Shown here: positions 19,284 to 25,967 of the stretch, piece by piece
Numbering within the stretch: the stretch's first letter is position 1
Layout: the number at the start of each line of letters is the position of its first letter
NCBI RefSeq assembly: GCF_000223395.1
Contig: NC_015931.1
Location: forward strand, 270,001 to 302,000
From: Pyrolobus fumarii 1A
Lineage (GTDB): Archaea > Thermoproteota > Thermoprotei_A > Sulfolobales > Pyrodictiaceae
Direction: 5' to 3'
Length of the DNA: 32,000 nt
Position numbers and translations under genes: made by a program
The notes under the pieces: generated by a model
What the model saw: the letters and a program-made list of their open reading frames with translations, nothing else
The model's database searches: none
Told to the model about the DNA's origin: nothing

Positions 19284-19735
19284 TTAGTGCTGCTCGAGAG
19301 ATCAGCTGGTATCGTGACGACCCTAACGCTCTTACCGAGGTGCCACACCGTCTTGTAAGCCACCTTTACACCGCTGCTCCTCAACTTACTGTACAATAGA
19401 GATAGGCTCTAGTAGCCTAAGCGTCTGGCAGTCTCGCTTGTTAACGCGATAAACTCATCCTTCCTGAAAGCAGCATCTCCCTCGAGCAACTTAGGTAGCT
19501 GCTCCCGGATCTTCTCGAGGAGCGACTTCTCTCCGGCTGTGGCCCTGACCTTCTCTCTGCTCTTCCTCTTCTTGTGTTTCTCCCCCTCTTCAACCGCGGT
19601 TGGAGCACCTCAAGCCTCTCGCACACTATGTGATCATCGCGGTCGACGACCACCACTAGCCTCATGCAACCAGCCCGGATACACCACCTTAGAAGCTTCT
19701 AGGGTATACTCGTGGATCATGTCTCTTCGAGTTGC
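19284..19735 (-). pseudogene. Remnant of the large ATPase gene (C-terminal ~150 codons only; frameshift, internal deletion and a nonsense codon)
   Basis: Nucleotide homology to 25968..~26520. Readable pieces: RLVVVVDRDDHIVCERLEVLQPRL, EKSLLEKIREQLPKLLEGDAAFRKDEFIALTSETARRLGY-stop-SLSLLYSKLRSSGVKVAYKTVWHLGKSVRVVTIP. Element 2 has LGYQSLSQLYSEL, so this is CAG to TAG. The upper boundary is approximate. Confidence 0.85.
19591..19602. repeat. Palindrome family member, core CAACCGCGGTTG
   Basis: Perfect 12-bp palindrome kept inside the ATPase pseudogene. Positional homologue of 26373..26384. Confidence 0.85.
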
Positions 19736-19914
19736 CCACAGCTTCCTCGCGGAGGACATCGCTCATGTATTATTATAGGGGTTTAAGTGTGATGAATGCC
19801 GGGTTATCTTCGCTGTTGGACTTATCCTCCTCCCCGAGGAGCTATAGATGGGCTGGGTGTCCTCGCCAGATAACGGGGAGGTGGTTGCAGAGAGTTTGTG
19901 CAAAGCTAAGGGTC

Positions 19915-20133
19915 GTGGTGGAGTATGACCGTGAGGCTGACGCAGCATACATTCGGCTCGGGGAGGGGAGGGTGGCAGAGACCATGGAGGTTGAGCCCGG
20001 GGTGTTGCTTGACCTTGACGATGAGGGGAGGGTGATTGGCGTGGAGGTTCTCGAGGCGAGCGTGAGGCTTGGGCGCGTCCTTTCGAGGCTAGAGGAGCTA
20101 ACCGTCAAGGCCAGGACTGATTACCAGGTGTAA
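19915..20133 (+). CDS. DUF2283-family small protein (putative antitoxin-like partner)
   Basis: (V)VEYDREADAAYIRLGEGRVAETMEVEPGVLLDLDDEGRVIGVEVLEAS matches the DUF2283 pattern (YD.E.D.LYI.L...D.D..G.IVGIE.L.AS). GTG at 19915 is preferred over the long ORF starting at 19732. Confidence 0.7.
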   Translation: MVEYDREADAAYIRLGEGRVAETMEVEPGVLLDLDDEGRVIGVEVLEASVRLGRVLSRLEELTVKARTDYQV

Positions 20134-20169
20134 TTATAGCATGTCCAGTCTTGATAGCGGGAGTGTAGT

Positions 20170-20412
20170 TTGAGGATACGCCTAACCAGGCACGCTGAGG
20201 AGAGGCTGAGGGAGAGGGGTATCAGCCTCGAAGAGGTGAAGGTGTGCATCCAAAACCCAGACTATACCGAGGAGTCCAGGGGTGCACTTAGATGCTGGAA
20301 GAGGATGGGCGACAAGTACATCGTCGTGGTGTACCGGGTCGAGTGCAATCAGTGGATAGTTATAACGGCTTACAAGACCTCGAGGAGGCCGCGGCTACCC
20401 GGCAGGCAGTAG
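20170..20412 (+). CDS. DUF4258-family small protein (putative toxin-like partner)
   Basis: RLTRHAEERLRERGISLEEVKVCIQNPD...YIVVVY...IVITAYK matches the DUF4258 pattern (T.HA..RM.ERGIS.EEV). 36 nt downstream of the DUF2283 gene. Confidence 0.7.
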   Translation: MRIRLTRHAEERLRERGISLEEVKVCIQNPDYTEESRGALRCWKRMGDKYIVVVYRVECNQWIVITAYKTSRRPRLPGRQ

Positions 20413-20493
20413 ACACCCACGCCTCTGTCTGCCTTTAGCTTGATTCTTCCGCTCGGCGTCGCGTAAAGTATGATGGTAGAGGCTGCCTCGTCT

Positions 20494-20817
20494 TTATGGT
20501 TGTGAGGCTGTTTGATCGCTAGTGATCCTATACCCAGTGTTGCAGAGGGCATGGTACTCCTGTATCCCATCCTGACCAGTGACTATGTCTCTTCTAGCTC
20601 CGTGGAGACCATGCGACCCGCTGAGTTGGCAAGTGCTATTCTTGCGGTGCACGTTGTACTTCAGAACGTTGGATGCGTCGAAGCCGATATCGTCTACCTG
20701 GCAGTAGGCCCTGAGGATAATAATAAGCTGTCTAATCTGTCTAGTTATTGAGCCAAGAGTGGAGAGATATCGAGTGCAGAATCCGGCCAAGAGGGCATAA
20801 CATAGCGTGTTCGCCAT
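20494..20817 (-). CDS. Hypothetical ORF (107 aa), possibly a gene remnant
   Basis: Only the ORF length supports it. Sits in a lower-GC stretch. A second overlapping ORF (20370..20570) in another frame suggests a frameshifted relic. Confidence 0.25.
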   Translation of the reverse strand: MANTLCYALLAGFCTRYLSTLGSITRQIRQLIIILRAYCQVDDIGFDASNVLKYNVHRKNSTCQLSGSHGLHGARRDIVTGQDGIQEYHALCNTGYRITSDQTASQP

Positions 20818-21128
20818 GTTAGCCCAGCCTCTTTAGGCTCGAGATTGCGAAGATTTTTGTGAAAGTGTAGCTAAGCCGTGCTAAACCATAATTATGTTGT
20901 TGCGATCCGTGTGAGCGGCTGTATGGCTAACAATGGTACTCCTATAGTCTTGTCTGTGAGCGTTGCACTAACAGCCCCCAGGATGTGTGTTTGTCTCTCT
21001 TCGTCGCGCACCCGGCGAGGGCGAGAGGCGATTGAGTGCAATGCGTGGCTCCACAGCCTCCGGTAATACGTTGTATGCTTCGCGTGTTACATTGTTCCTC
21101 CACGGTTCACGCAATAAGCTCCATTAGG

Positions 21129-21830
21129 CTAACCCTTTTCGTACAATCTGTTTTCGACGTAACGCTCTAACAGTTTGCAGAGCGCGTCCCTGCAGAACGC
21201 TCTCTCGGTTAGGCCCAGGTGTTTGGATAGTACGCCCTCGGGGGCAAGAGCATCTATAATCTTCTCCTCTAGTTCTTCATCGACCTTGCCGTGTAGAAGT
21301 TCGTGCATAACCTCGTGGTAGACAAGGTCTACGAGTTGTCTCGGCTCTACGGTCGGGTGTACAAGGGCTGCAATGTATAGGGTTTGGTTGTCGGTGCATA
21401 CCACGCTAGCGTCGAGGCGCGGGGTTAGAGAAGGTGCAAGTATAACCGCTAACCTCTTTAAGCGAGGTTTCTCGCTAAACGCGCCCTGACAGAAGCGTAT
21501 GAATCTACCCCAAGTGTCTGCAAGAATCCTCCTACACGCGTCTTGCAAGCCTTCAACATCGGCTATACTGTCGAAGCTCGCAGCCTCAACGCTATGGAAT
21601 ACACGAGCATGCATCGAGGTGCCAGTATCACACTCTCGGCCCGCTAGGCACTTTGCGAGACTGCACCAAGCTCCTCTACGCTCGGCTTCAAACGCGAACC
21701 TTGAAATAGCGATCGGGTTTTCCACGAGAGTCAACAAGCGTGGATCAACATGCTCGAGATGCGTGCAGAGGTAGGAGACGACATAGAGGGTTGCTAGAGG
21801 ACCGGTAATAAACTGGAGCTCCGGATACAC
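21129..21830 (-). CDS. Putative zinc metallopeptidase-like protein (HExxH), 233 aa
   Basis: LVDLVYHEVMHELLHGKVDEE contains an HExxH motif with a further His three residues later. No other family assignment possible by eye. Preceded by an AT-rich spacer at 21840-22050. Confidence 0.45.
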   Translation of the reverse strand: MYPELQFITGPLATLYVVSYLCTHLEHVDPRLLTLVENPIAISRFAFEAERRGAWCSLAKCLAGRECDTGTSMHARVFHSVEAASFDSIADVEGLQDACRRILADTWGRFIRFCQGAFSEKPRLKRLAVILAPSLTPRLDASVVCTDNQTLYIAALVHPTVEPRQLVDLVYHEVMHELLHGKVDEELEEKIIDALAPEGVLSKHLGLTERAFCRDALCKLLERYVENRLYEKG

Positions 21831-22074
21831 ATTGTCACCAGCAAGCTAGCCTCCTAATACTTGTTATAAAGTAGACCCTAGTGCACTATGCGGGCACTCC
21901 CCAGAGAAACTTAAATTGTAGAAGTTTTAGACTGTGAGGAAACGTTGCCCAGCACATCTAATACATGAGTAACTTTCGGTTCTGAGCTTTGAAGTGAAGA
22001 TAAAGAACGCTAATTATAGTATCTTATGCAACTTTTAAGAAATCGGAAAAACTGTAGGAAATGTGCACAAGTAT

Positions 22075-22218
22075 TCACTGCTTACGCCTCCAACAGTTGT
22101 TAAAACCACGGCGACAACAAGAAGCTGGAAACACGTGCATCCTCTTGACGTGCCTCTTGAGGCTGGATAGTTGCTTGTAGCTGCGCCCGCAGAACGGACA
22201 CACGTACAACCCAACCAC
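22075..22218 (-). CDS. Small C2H2 zinc-finger protein (47 codons from GTG); absent from the ORF track
   Basis: Minus-strand frame reads VVGLYVCPFCGRSYKQLSSLKRHVKRMHVFPASCCRRGFNNCWRRKQ-stop. YVCPFCGRSYKQLSSLKRHVKRMH fits Y-x-C-x2-C-x3-Y-x5-L-x2-H-x4-H exactly. May be a frameshifted remnant, since there is no in-frame ATG. Confidence 0.55.
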   Translation of the reverse strand: MVGLYVCPFCGRSYKQLSSLKRHVKRMHVFPASCCRRGFNNCWRRKQ

Positions 22219-22646
22219 CCCGCTATCGCCGCGAGCCTCTTGAGCCCCTCTCTACGCAACATCGCTGCACTGCCACTATGCTCTAGCAACTCAGGCGCGG
22301 CGAGAGTCCTTACGAGAACATCCAGCTCCTCTCGCCATGGCGGCTGCTAGGGCCAAGACGATCATGTTCCGAGGGTGACAATCACAGCGTCCCTCACTAG
22401 AGGCCCTATCCGTTCCAGTCTCTTCTCAAGCCTCGAGGCTGCCATGAGAAAAGTCAGTGATGCCGAGAGTGAGCAATCCGCGATGAGTGTAACGACTAAC
22501 CCGGCCCCCACTAGTGTGCAGTGTCCGGCGGAAACCTCTCCGGGAGCATCAAGGGCTGAATAAGTCATGCAAGTCAAACCGAACTATAATAAGTACGAAC
22601 ACTCATCAACATGCCGACACCGTCAACATAGATTGAGAAGAATGTA

Positions 22647-22706
22647 TGGCGCCGGGGGCGGGATTTGAACCCGCGCGGGGTTGCCCCCACCGGCTTAGCA
22701 GGTCGG
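22647..22706 (-). tRNA. 3' fragment (anticodon arm to CCA) of a type-II tRNA, anticodon GCU (Ser); att-site remnant, not a complete gene
   Basis: Minus strand: ccgac-ctGCTaa-gccgg, variable arm tgggggcaaccccgc, T arm gcggg-ttcaaat-cccgc, acceptor 3' strand ccccggc, discriminator g, cca. No matching 5' acceptor strand (gccgggg or GU variants) or D arm in the next 200 nt. One A-C mismatch in the anticodon stem. Confidence 0.75.
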
Positions 22707-22769
22707 TTGAGCCTCTTCATGGGTTGAGGGTTCTCGTGACCGGTCTGGAGAGTGGTCTCGGGAACCCTC
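22707..22769. repeat. att-proximal segment of element 2 (homologue of 16621..16678)
   Basis: See 16581..16678. Confidence 0.55.
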
Positions 22770-22859
22770 TTTGAGGGTTCATTGAGGGTTCTTGCATGGT
22801 GGCATTCAAGAGGGTTTATGGTGTAGGAGTGCGCCTCGTTAGGCACCGGGTGTCGATTA

Positions 22860-23087
22860 TTGCTTAACGCGCGTGTGGTGTTAACGCGTTATGCGAGGGT
22901 TCAGGTCAAGGTAAAGCCTGGCGGCAAGGAGCAGTACGTTGTAACCCTGCCCGTTGATATTGTCAAGTTGCTTGGCCTGAGGCGTGGCGACTGCCTCTCC
23001 TTCAACGTCATAGACGTTGGTGGTAGGCTCGTGCTGGTTGTCGACCGGAGCCCTGTCGACGCCTGTAGAGGCCCTCCTAGAGGCTAG
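22860..23087 (+). CDS. AbrB/SpoVT-like DNA-binding protein (75 aa)
   Basis: YVVTLPVDIVKLLGLRRGDCLSFNVIDVGGRLVLVV matches the swapped-hairpin AbrB/SpoVT pattern (hydrophobic-T-hydrophobic-P..hydrophobic...LG...GD.hydrophobic...). Lies antisense inside the 3' end of the integrase ORF. Confidence 0.6.
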   Translation: MLNARVVLTRYARVQVKVKPGGKEQYVVTLPVDIVKLLGLRRGDCLSFNVIDVGGRLVLVVDRSPVDACRGPPRG

Positions 23088-23867
23088 GATCTTCTCTATC
23101 GCCTCCTCTATCGTCGAGCCGTTCAGCAACGCCTCTATCCCAGGCTTCATCTCGAGGGTCTTTCTCACCGAGTGCGCCACGTACATCATGTAGTGCTTTA
23201 CTGACACAGGCCTGTGACGTCCGTGAAGAAAGCTGCATAGCAGCTCCTCCTCGCCACTTGCCGTCGCCAAGCAGAGTTCATAGTGGATCTTGCGCAGGCA
23301 GGTTGCCGGTGTCCCTTTGATTTCTCTTCTCGATTCGTAACTATACTCCTTGACAACACGCAACAACCTCTCCTCGAGATCAACCGGGAGTATGATGACG
23401 TTGACGCGCTTCCTGCCTATCGTTGCCTTCAGGTCGTAGACGGCTAGGCCCGCGGCGATCCGCCTCTTCGACGTGAACCTCGGGAGGAGCCACAGGTGTT
23501 TCAAGCGGCTTCCGCTCCACAGGACAGCTTGTTGTAACGTCTGCGCCCACTCCTTCTCGTCGAGCTCCACTCTACCCCAGTCCTCACAGCGCTCCCAGCC
23601 CTCGCCCCTCCTCCCCTCGATCACCCTCCCGCAGGCGAGCCTCTTGAGCGCCAGGAGCCTACGGGCCCGCGCCTCCTCCTCGAGGCTAATCCTCCCTTCG
23701 CTGGCCGCCCACGAGAGCCACTTTGACGCGAGCTTCAGGACCCACTTGTTGCACGGGAGCCTCTCGAACCCGAGAGACTCTATGATGCTGTGGTACCCCT
23801 CCCAGTACCTCATGTAGTCCCGGTAGCTTAGCGGCGCGGTCTTGCGGATGTACTCCTCGAAGCGCAT
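22881..23867 (-). CDS. int: Tyrosine recombinase (archaeal integrase family), 328-codon ORF
   Basis: C-terminal catalytic-type block FLHGRHRPVSVKHYMMY and upstream SGSRLKHLW. Adjacent to the tRNA-derived att. Its N-terminus is duplicated in the pseudogene 16677..16943. The last ~69 codons overlap the AbrB-like gene in antisense and may not be genuine. Confidence 0.8.
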   Translation of the reverse strand: MRFEEYIRKTAPLSYRDYMRYWEGYHSIIESLGFERLPCNKWVLKLASKWLSWAASEGRISLEEEARARRLLALKRLACGRVIEGRRGEGWERCEDWGRVELDEKEWAQTLQQAVLWSGSRLKHLWLLPRFTSKRRIAAGLAVYDLKATIGRKRVNVIILPVDLEERLLRVVKEYSYESRREIKGTPATCLRKIHYELCLATASGEEELLCSFLHGRHRPVSVKHYMMYVAHSVRKTLEMKPGIEALLNGSTIEEAIEKILASRRASTGVDRAPVDNQHEPTTNVYDVEGEAVATPQAKQLDNINGQGYNVLLLAARLYLDLNPRITR

Positions 23868-23995
23868 ACCGGCGTGTACCCGTTGTGTCTGGCCCCCGGT
23901 TGCAGTACACGCTTGAGCCTACTCGCTCCTCAAGCCTTGCGACCTCGTGACACCCGGGTGTATGTGGCGATGGTATCTGCTCCATTCACCGTGTA

Positions 23996-24007
23996 CAACC
24001 GCGGTTG
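23996..24007. repeat. Palindrome family member, core CAACCGCGGTTG
   Basis: Perfect 12-bp palindrome about 130 bp upstream of the integrase start. Confidence 0.85.
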
Positions 24008-24237
24008 GGCAGGTGCGGTGCCGCGTCTCGCCACAAGGCATTCAGGGCAAACGTGTGTGTTACGAGCGTGTTATGCGTCTACACAGGGCTCCTCGGGCGA
24101 CAGGCAACGGCAGTGGGGGACGCTAATCATCCCCTTTCCTCAGAGACGAGCGGAAAGAATTGCCAGTGATACTGTGGTATCACTTGCCTTGCATGCCGAT
24201 AGGGAGCGAGGGTAGGACCAGTGTACCGGGGGGTACA

Positions 24238-24367
24238 CCGGGGCCCGAGTCCCCCGCCCGGGGCAGCCTCGGCCGCTCTGTGAAGAGAGCGTGGACCGGC
24301 CGAACCCGTGAGGAGGGTGCGAACCGATGAGAGCGGCCTTGGCCCCGGGCGGGGCGGGATACCCCGG
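24238..24367. ncRNA. Candidate structured RNA or DNA cruciform: 130-nt GC-rich segment with about 32 nested base pairs
   Basis: Hand-checked pairings: 24238-43 with 24362-67 (6 bp), 24244-47 with 24355-58 (4 bp), 24252-64 with 24342-54 (13 bp), 24271-79 with 24330-38 (9 bp). A small hairpin at 24221-38 lies immediately upstream. Only low-complexity ORFs overlap. Strand unknown. Confidence 0.35.
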
Positions 24368-24420
24368 CTTACGTCTTGCTAGAGTCTTGTCTGTTAAGCG
24401 TTTGGGGTTGTTCACTCCCT

Positions 24421-24434
24421 CCAGCCGCGGTTGG
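24421..24434. repeat. Palindrome family member, one-mismatch variant CCAGCCGCGGTTGG
   Basis: In the integrase-RHH spacer, flanked by t...a like the 16-bp form. Confidence 0.75.
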
Positions 24435-24457
24435 AGTTCAAGGGCTGCGGACAGCCT

Positions 24458-24471
24458 CTATACGGGCCGGT
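24458..24471. promoter_or_regulatory. CTATACGGGCCGGT motif (one-mismatch copy)
   Basis: Direct repeat of 24582..24595, 124 nt upstream of it. Confidence 0.5.
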
Positions 24472-24581
24472 GACGGGATCATAACAAACCCTCAACGGGC
24501 TCGTATAGGAACCGTTATTGTTCCTGGCGCTAGGTGCAGGGTTCGTCCGCTTATAGCTCGTCTTGGGAATGGAGGCAGCCC

Positions 24582-24595
24582 CTATACGGGCCCGT
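24582..24595. promoter_or_regulatory. CTATACGGGCCCGT motif, candidate operator/promoter element of the RHH gene
   Basis: Identical 14-mer to 17241..17254. About 30-40 nt upstream of the GTG at 24624. Confidence 0.55.
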
Positions 24596-24623
24596 CTCTG
24601 GTGCCCTACCTGGGGCTGTCTTC

Positions 24624-24878
24624 GTGCCTCCGGTCAAGTTCTACCTTGATCCCTCCCGTTACGCTGAGCTGGAGAGGTTGGCGAGGGAGAGGGGTACGAC
24701 GATCCCCCAGCTTGTCAAGCGGCTCGTCGAGGATTGGCTCGAGGGCAGGCTGTGTGCCGGCACCGGGGCCAGACCCGGGCACAGTGTCGACGAGGCTAGG
24801 CTCCGTGAGTTCGAGAGACGCCTCGAACTCCTAGAGGAGACCGTGAAGGCTCTGCTCAGGATCATAGCGGGGAGGTGA
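24624..24878 (+). CDS. Ribbon-helix-helix (CopG/Arc-like) DNA-binding protein with C-terminal coiled coil
   Basis: VKFYLDPSRYAELERLARERGTTIPQLVKRLVEDWL is a strand-helix-helix RHH layout, followed by EARLREFERRLELLEETVKALLRII. The longest ORF starts at 24534, but the upstream part overlaps the operator-like motif and has no counterpart in element 1. Confidence 0.75.
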   Translation: MPPVKFYLDPSRYAELERLARERGTTIPQLVKRLVEDWLEGRLCAGTGARPGHSVDEARLREFERRLELLEETVKALLRIIAGR

Positions 24879-24885
24879 TATTGTC

Positions 24886-25839
24886 GTGGGCTCGGAGACA
24901 CTCTATGAGTTTACCCGAAGGCTTGTGAGGGAGTCAAAATGGCTTCAGAAGGTGCTTATGATACTAACGTATGCGTCTCTTATAGTGCTGGTGTCGGCAC
25001 TCATCCTGCAAGGCACGTTGCACAGCACGAGCGTATTGGTGGATGTGCTGCAGACGATTATACTGTCGTTGACGCTCCTTCTCACCATACCCCAGTTAAT
25101 CATCACGCCGTACACCGAGTACCTCAAGGTTCTCGAGGAACGGAGGTATAGGCACTGGTCTAGGCTTCGCGAGGCGCTCATAGTGCCACTGGCTAAACTG
25201 ATACTACACGAGAGTCGTTTTAGGGAGAGTTTTGAGGCCGGTTGCTACCTCCCAGTCTGCAGCATGCTAAGACGCTTGATGATCGACCACGGCCTTCAAC
25301 CCTACTACGAGGATCTAGGGAACCACGAGGCTACTCGGGGCCTCTACGAGGCCCTCCGCAGCCTCTGCGGGCCCCTAGACCACGTCTGCGGCTCGGGCCT
25401 CGACGCGGAGATAGAAGATCTCGTGGAAGCTGCGCTGAGGGAGGCTGGCATAGACCCCGGGAAGCCGCCCGGCCCGGCTGTCGAGGAGGCCGTACGCTGC
25501 GCAATCCACGTGGCAGCGCCTCAGGCCGCTGCGTTCATGCGGGGAGAAGACTGGCTCCGGGCTCTAAAGCAGCGCATCGTAGACGAACTCACCAGAACCA
25601 TGCCAAGCTGCACAACGACGGATGTAACAGTCGTTGGCGACCCTCTACTGCCGCGCGAGAAGGCCGAAGAAATAGCAGAGAGGATAGTCGAGAAGATCAG
25701 GAAGAGCCACCTACACGAGAGGCTCAAAGAGCTATACAGGAAGCTACGCGAAGAGCTAAACAGGGCGCTACTCTACGAGACACTTACCGACGACTGCCCC
25801 TACACGCTACCAGAGGCCAAGAAGAGCAAGAAGAGATAG
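24886..25839 (+). CDS. Membrane protein (two N-terminal TM helices) with unassigned cytoplasmic domain, 317 aa
   Basis: GTG start 8 nt after the RHH stop (operon-like), with GGAGG 11 nt upstream. Hydrophobic segments LMILTYASLIVLVSALIL and ILSLTLLLTIPQLII. Basic C-terminal tail. Confidence 0.6.
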   Translation: MGSETLYEFTRRLVRESKWLQKVLMILTYASLIVLVSALILQGTLHSTSVLVDVLQTIILSLTLLLTIPQLIITPYTEYLKVLEERRYRHWSRLREALIVPLAKLILHESRFRESFEAGCYLPVCSMLRRLMIDHGLQPYYEDLGNHEATRGLYEALRSLCGPLDHVCGSGLDAEIEDLVEAALREAGIDPGKPPGPAVEEAVRCAIHVAAPQAAAFMRGEDWLRALKQRIVDELTRTMPSCTTTDVTVVGDPLLPREKAEEIAERIVEKIRKSHLHERLKELYRKLREELNRALLYETLTDDCPYTLPEAKKSKKR

Positions 25840-25844
25840 ACGAG

Positions 25845-25899
25845 AGACCGGCGGCATGGTGCTGTGAGGTGCTCGCGTTGTTTTCATTCTGGTGTTGAC
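25845..25899 (+). repeat. Conserved intergenic module, copy c
   Basis: agaccggcggcatggtgctgtgaggtgctcgcgttgttttcattctggtgttgac. Lies between convergent genes. Contains a T-rich run (ttgttttcattc) on the plus strand. Confidence 0.75.
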
Positions 25900-25900
25900 T

Positions 25901-25958
25901 CGTGAGGCCTCGGTCGCGACCACCTCGCAGCATAATAACGTATTGTGAGGGCCTCACG
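25901..25958. other. Hairpin with 9-bp perfect stem (cgtgaggcc / ggcctcacg) and 40-nt loop
   Basis: 25901-25909 is complementary to 25950-25958. Lies between the stop codons of the convergent genes. A weaker equivalent exists in element 1 (19218-19275). Confidence 0.4.
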
Positions 25959-25967
25959 GTGCATAGT

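Larger units (their letters stand above)
16581..22646. mobile_element. Element 1: decayed integrative element. Truncated integrase, frameshifted RHH gene, ATPase remnant, plus TA-like and nuclease-like cargo.
   Basis: Collinear nucleotide homology to element 2 across the att-proximal segment, integrase N-terminus, integrase-RHH spacer, RHH gene, conserved intergenic module and ATPase 3' end. Starts 3 nt after the fprA stop and ends at the tRNA fragment. Confidence 0.7.

Noticed and set aside
22035-22289. 84-aa ORF from the track.
   Set aside because: A different frame of the same strand encodes a perfect C2H2 zinc finger. The 84-aa frame is Ala/Gly/Ser/Thr-rich with no motif, though its first ~25 residues might be the displaced N-terminus of a frameshifted zinc-finger gene.
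22574-22846. 90-aa ORF on the minus strand.
   Set aside because: It runs straight through the tRNA fragment and the att-proximal repeat. The composition is not protein-like.
22647-22860. A complete, possibly intron-containing, tRNA-Ser gene.
   Set aside because: The T arm, variable arm, anticodon arm and CCA are present. No 5' acceptor strand (gccgggg or G-U variants) or D arm occurs within about 200 nt upstream on the minus strand, and the anticodon stem has an A-C mismatch at the presumed recombination joint.
23874-24415. ORFs 23874..24215 (+) and 24140..24415 (-) in the integrase-RHH spacer.
   Set aside because: Both are low-complexity (Arg/Pro/Gly/Ser) translations of a GC-rich region whose base-pairing potential is far more striking. 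Neither has a counterpart in element 1.
25242-25898. 218-aa Arg/Pro/Gly-rich ORF in an alternative frame of 24886..25839.
   Set aside because: The extreme Arg/Pro/Gly bias is typical of an off-frame translation of GC-rich coding DNA. The 317-aa frame has TM helices, a GGAGG upstream and operon coupling to the RHH gene.
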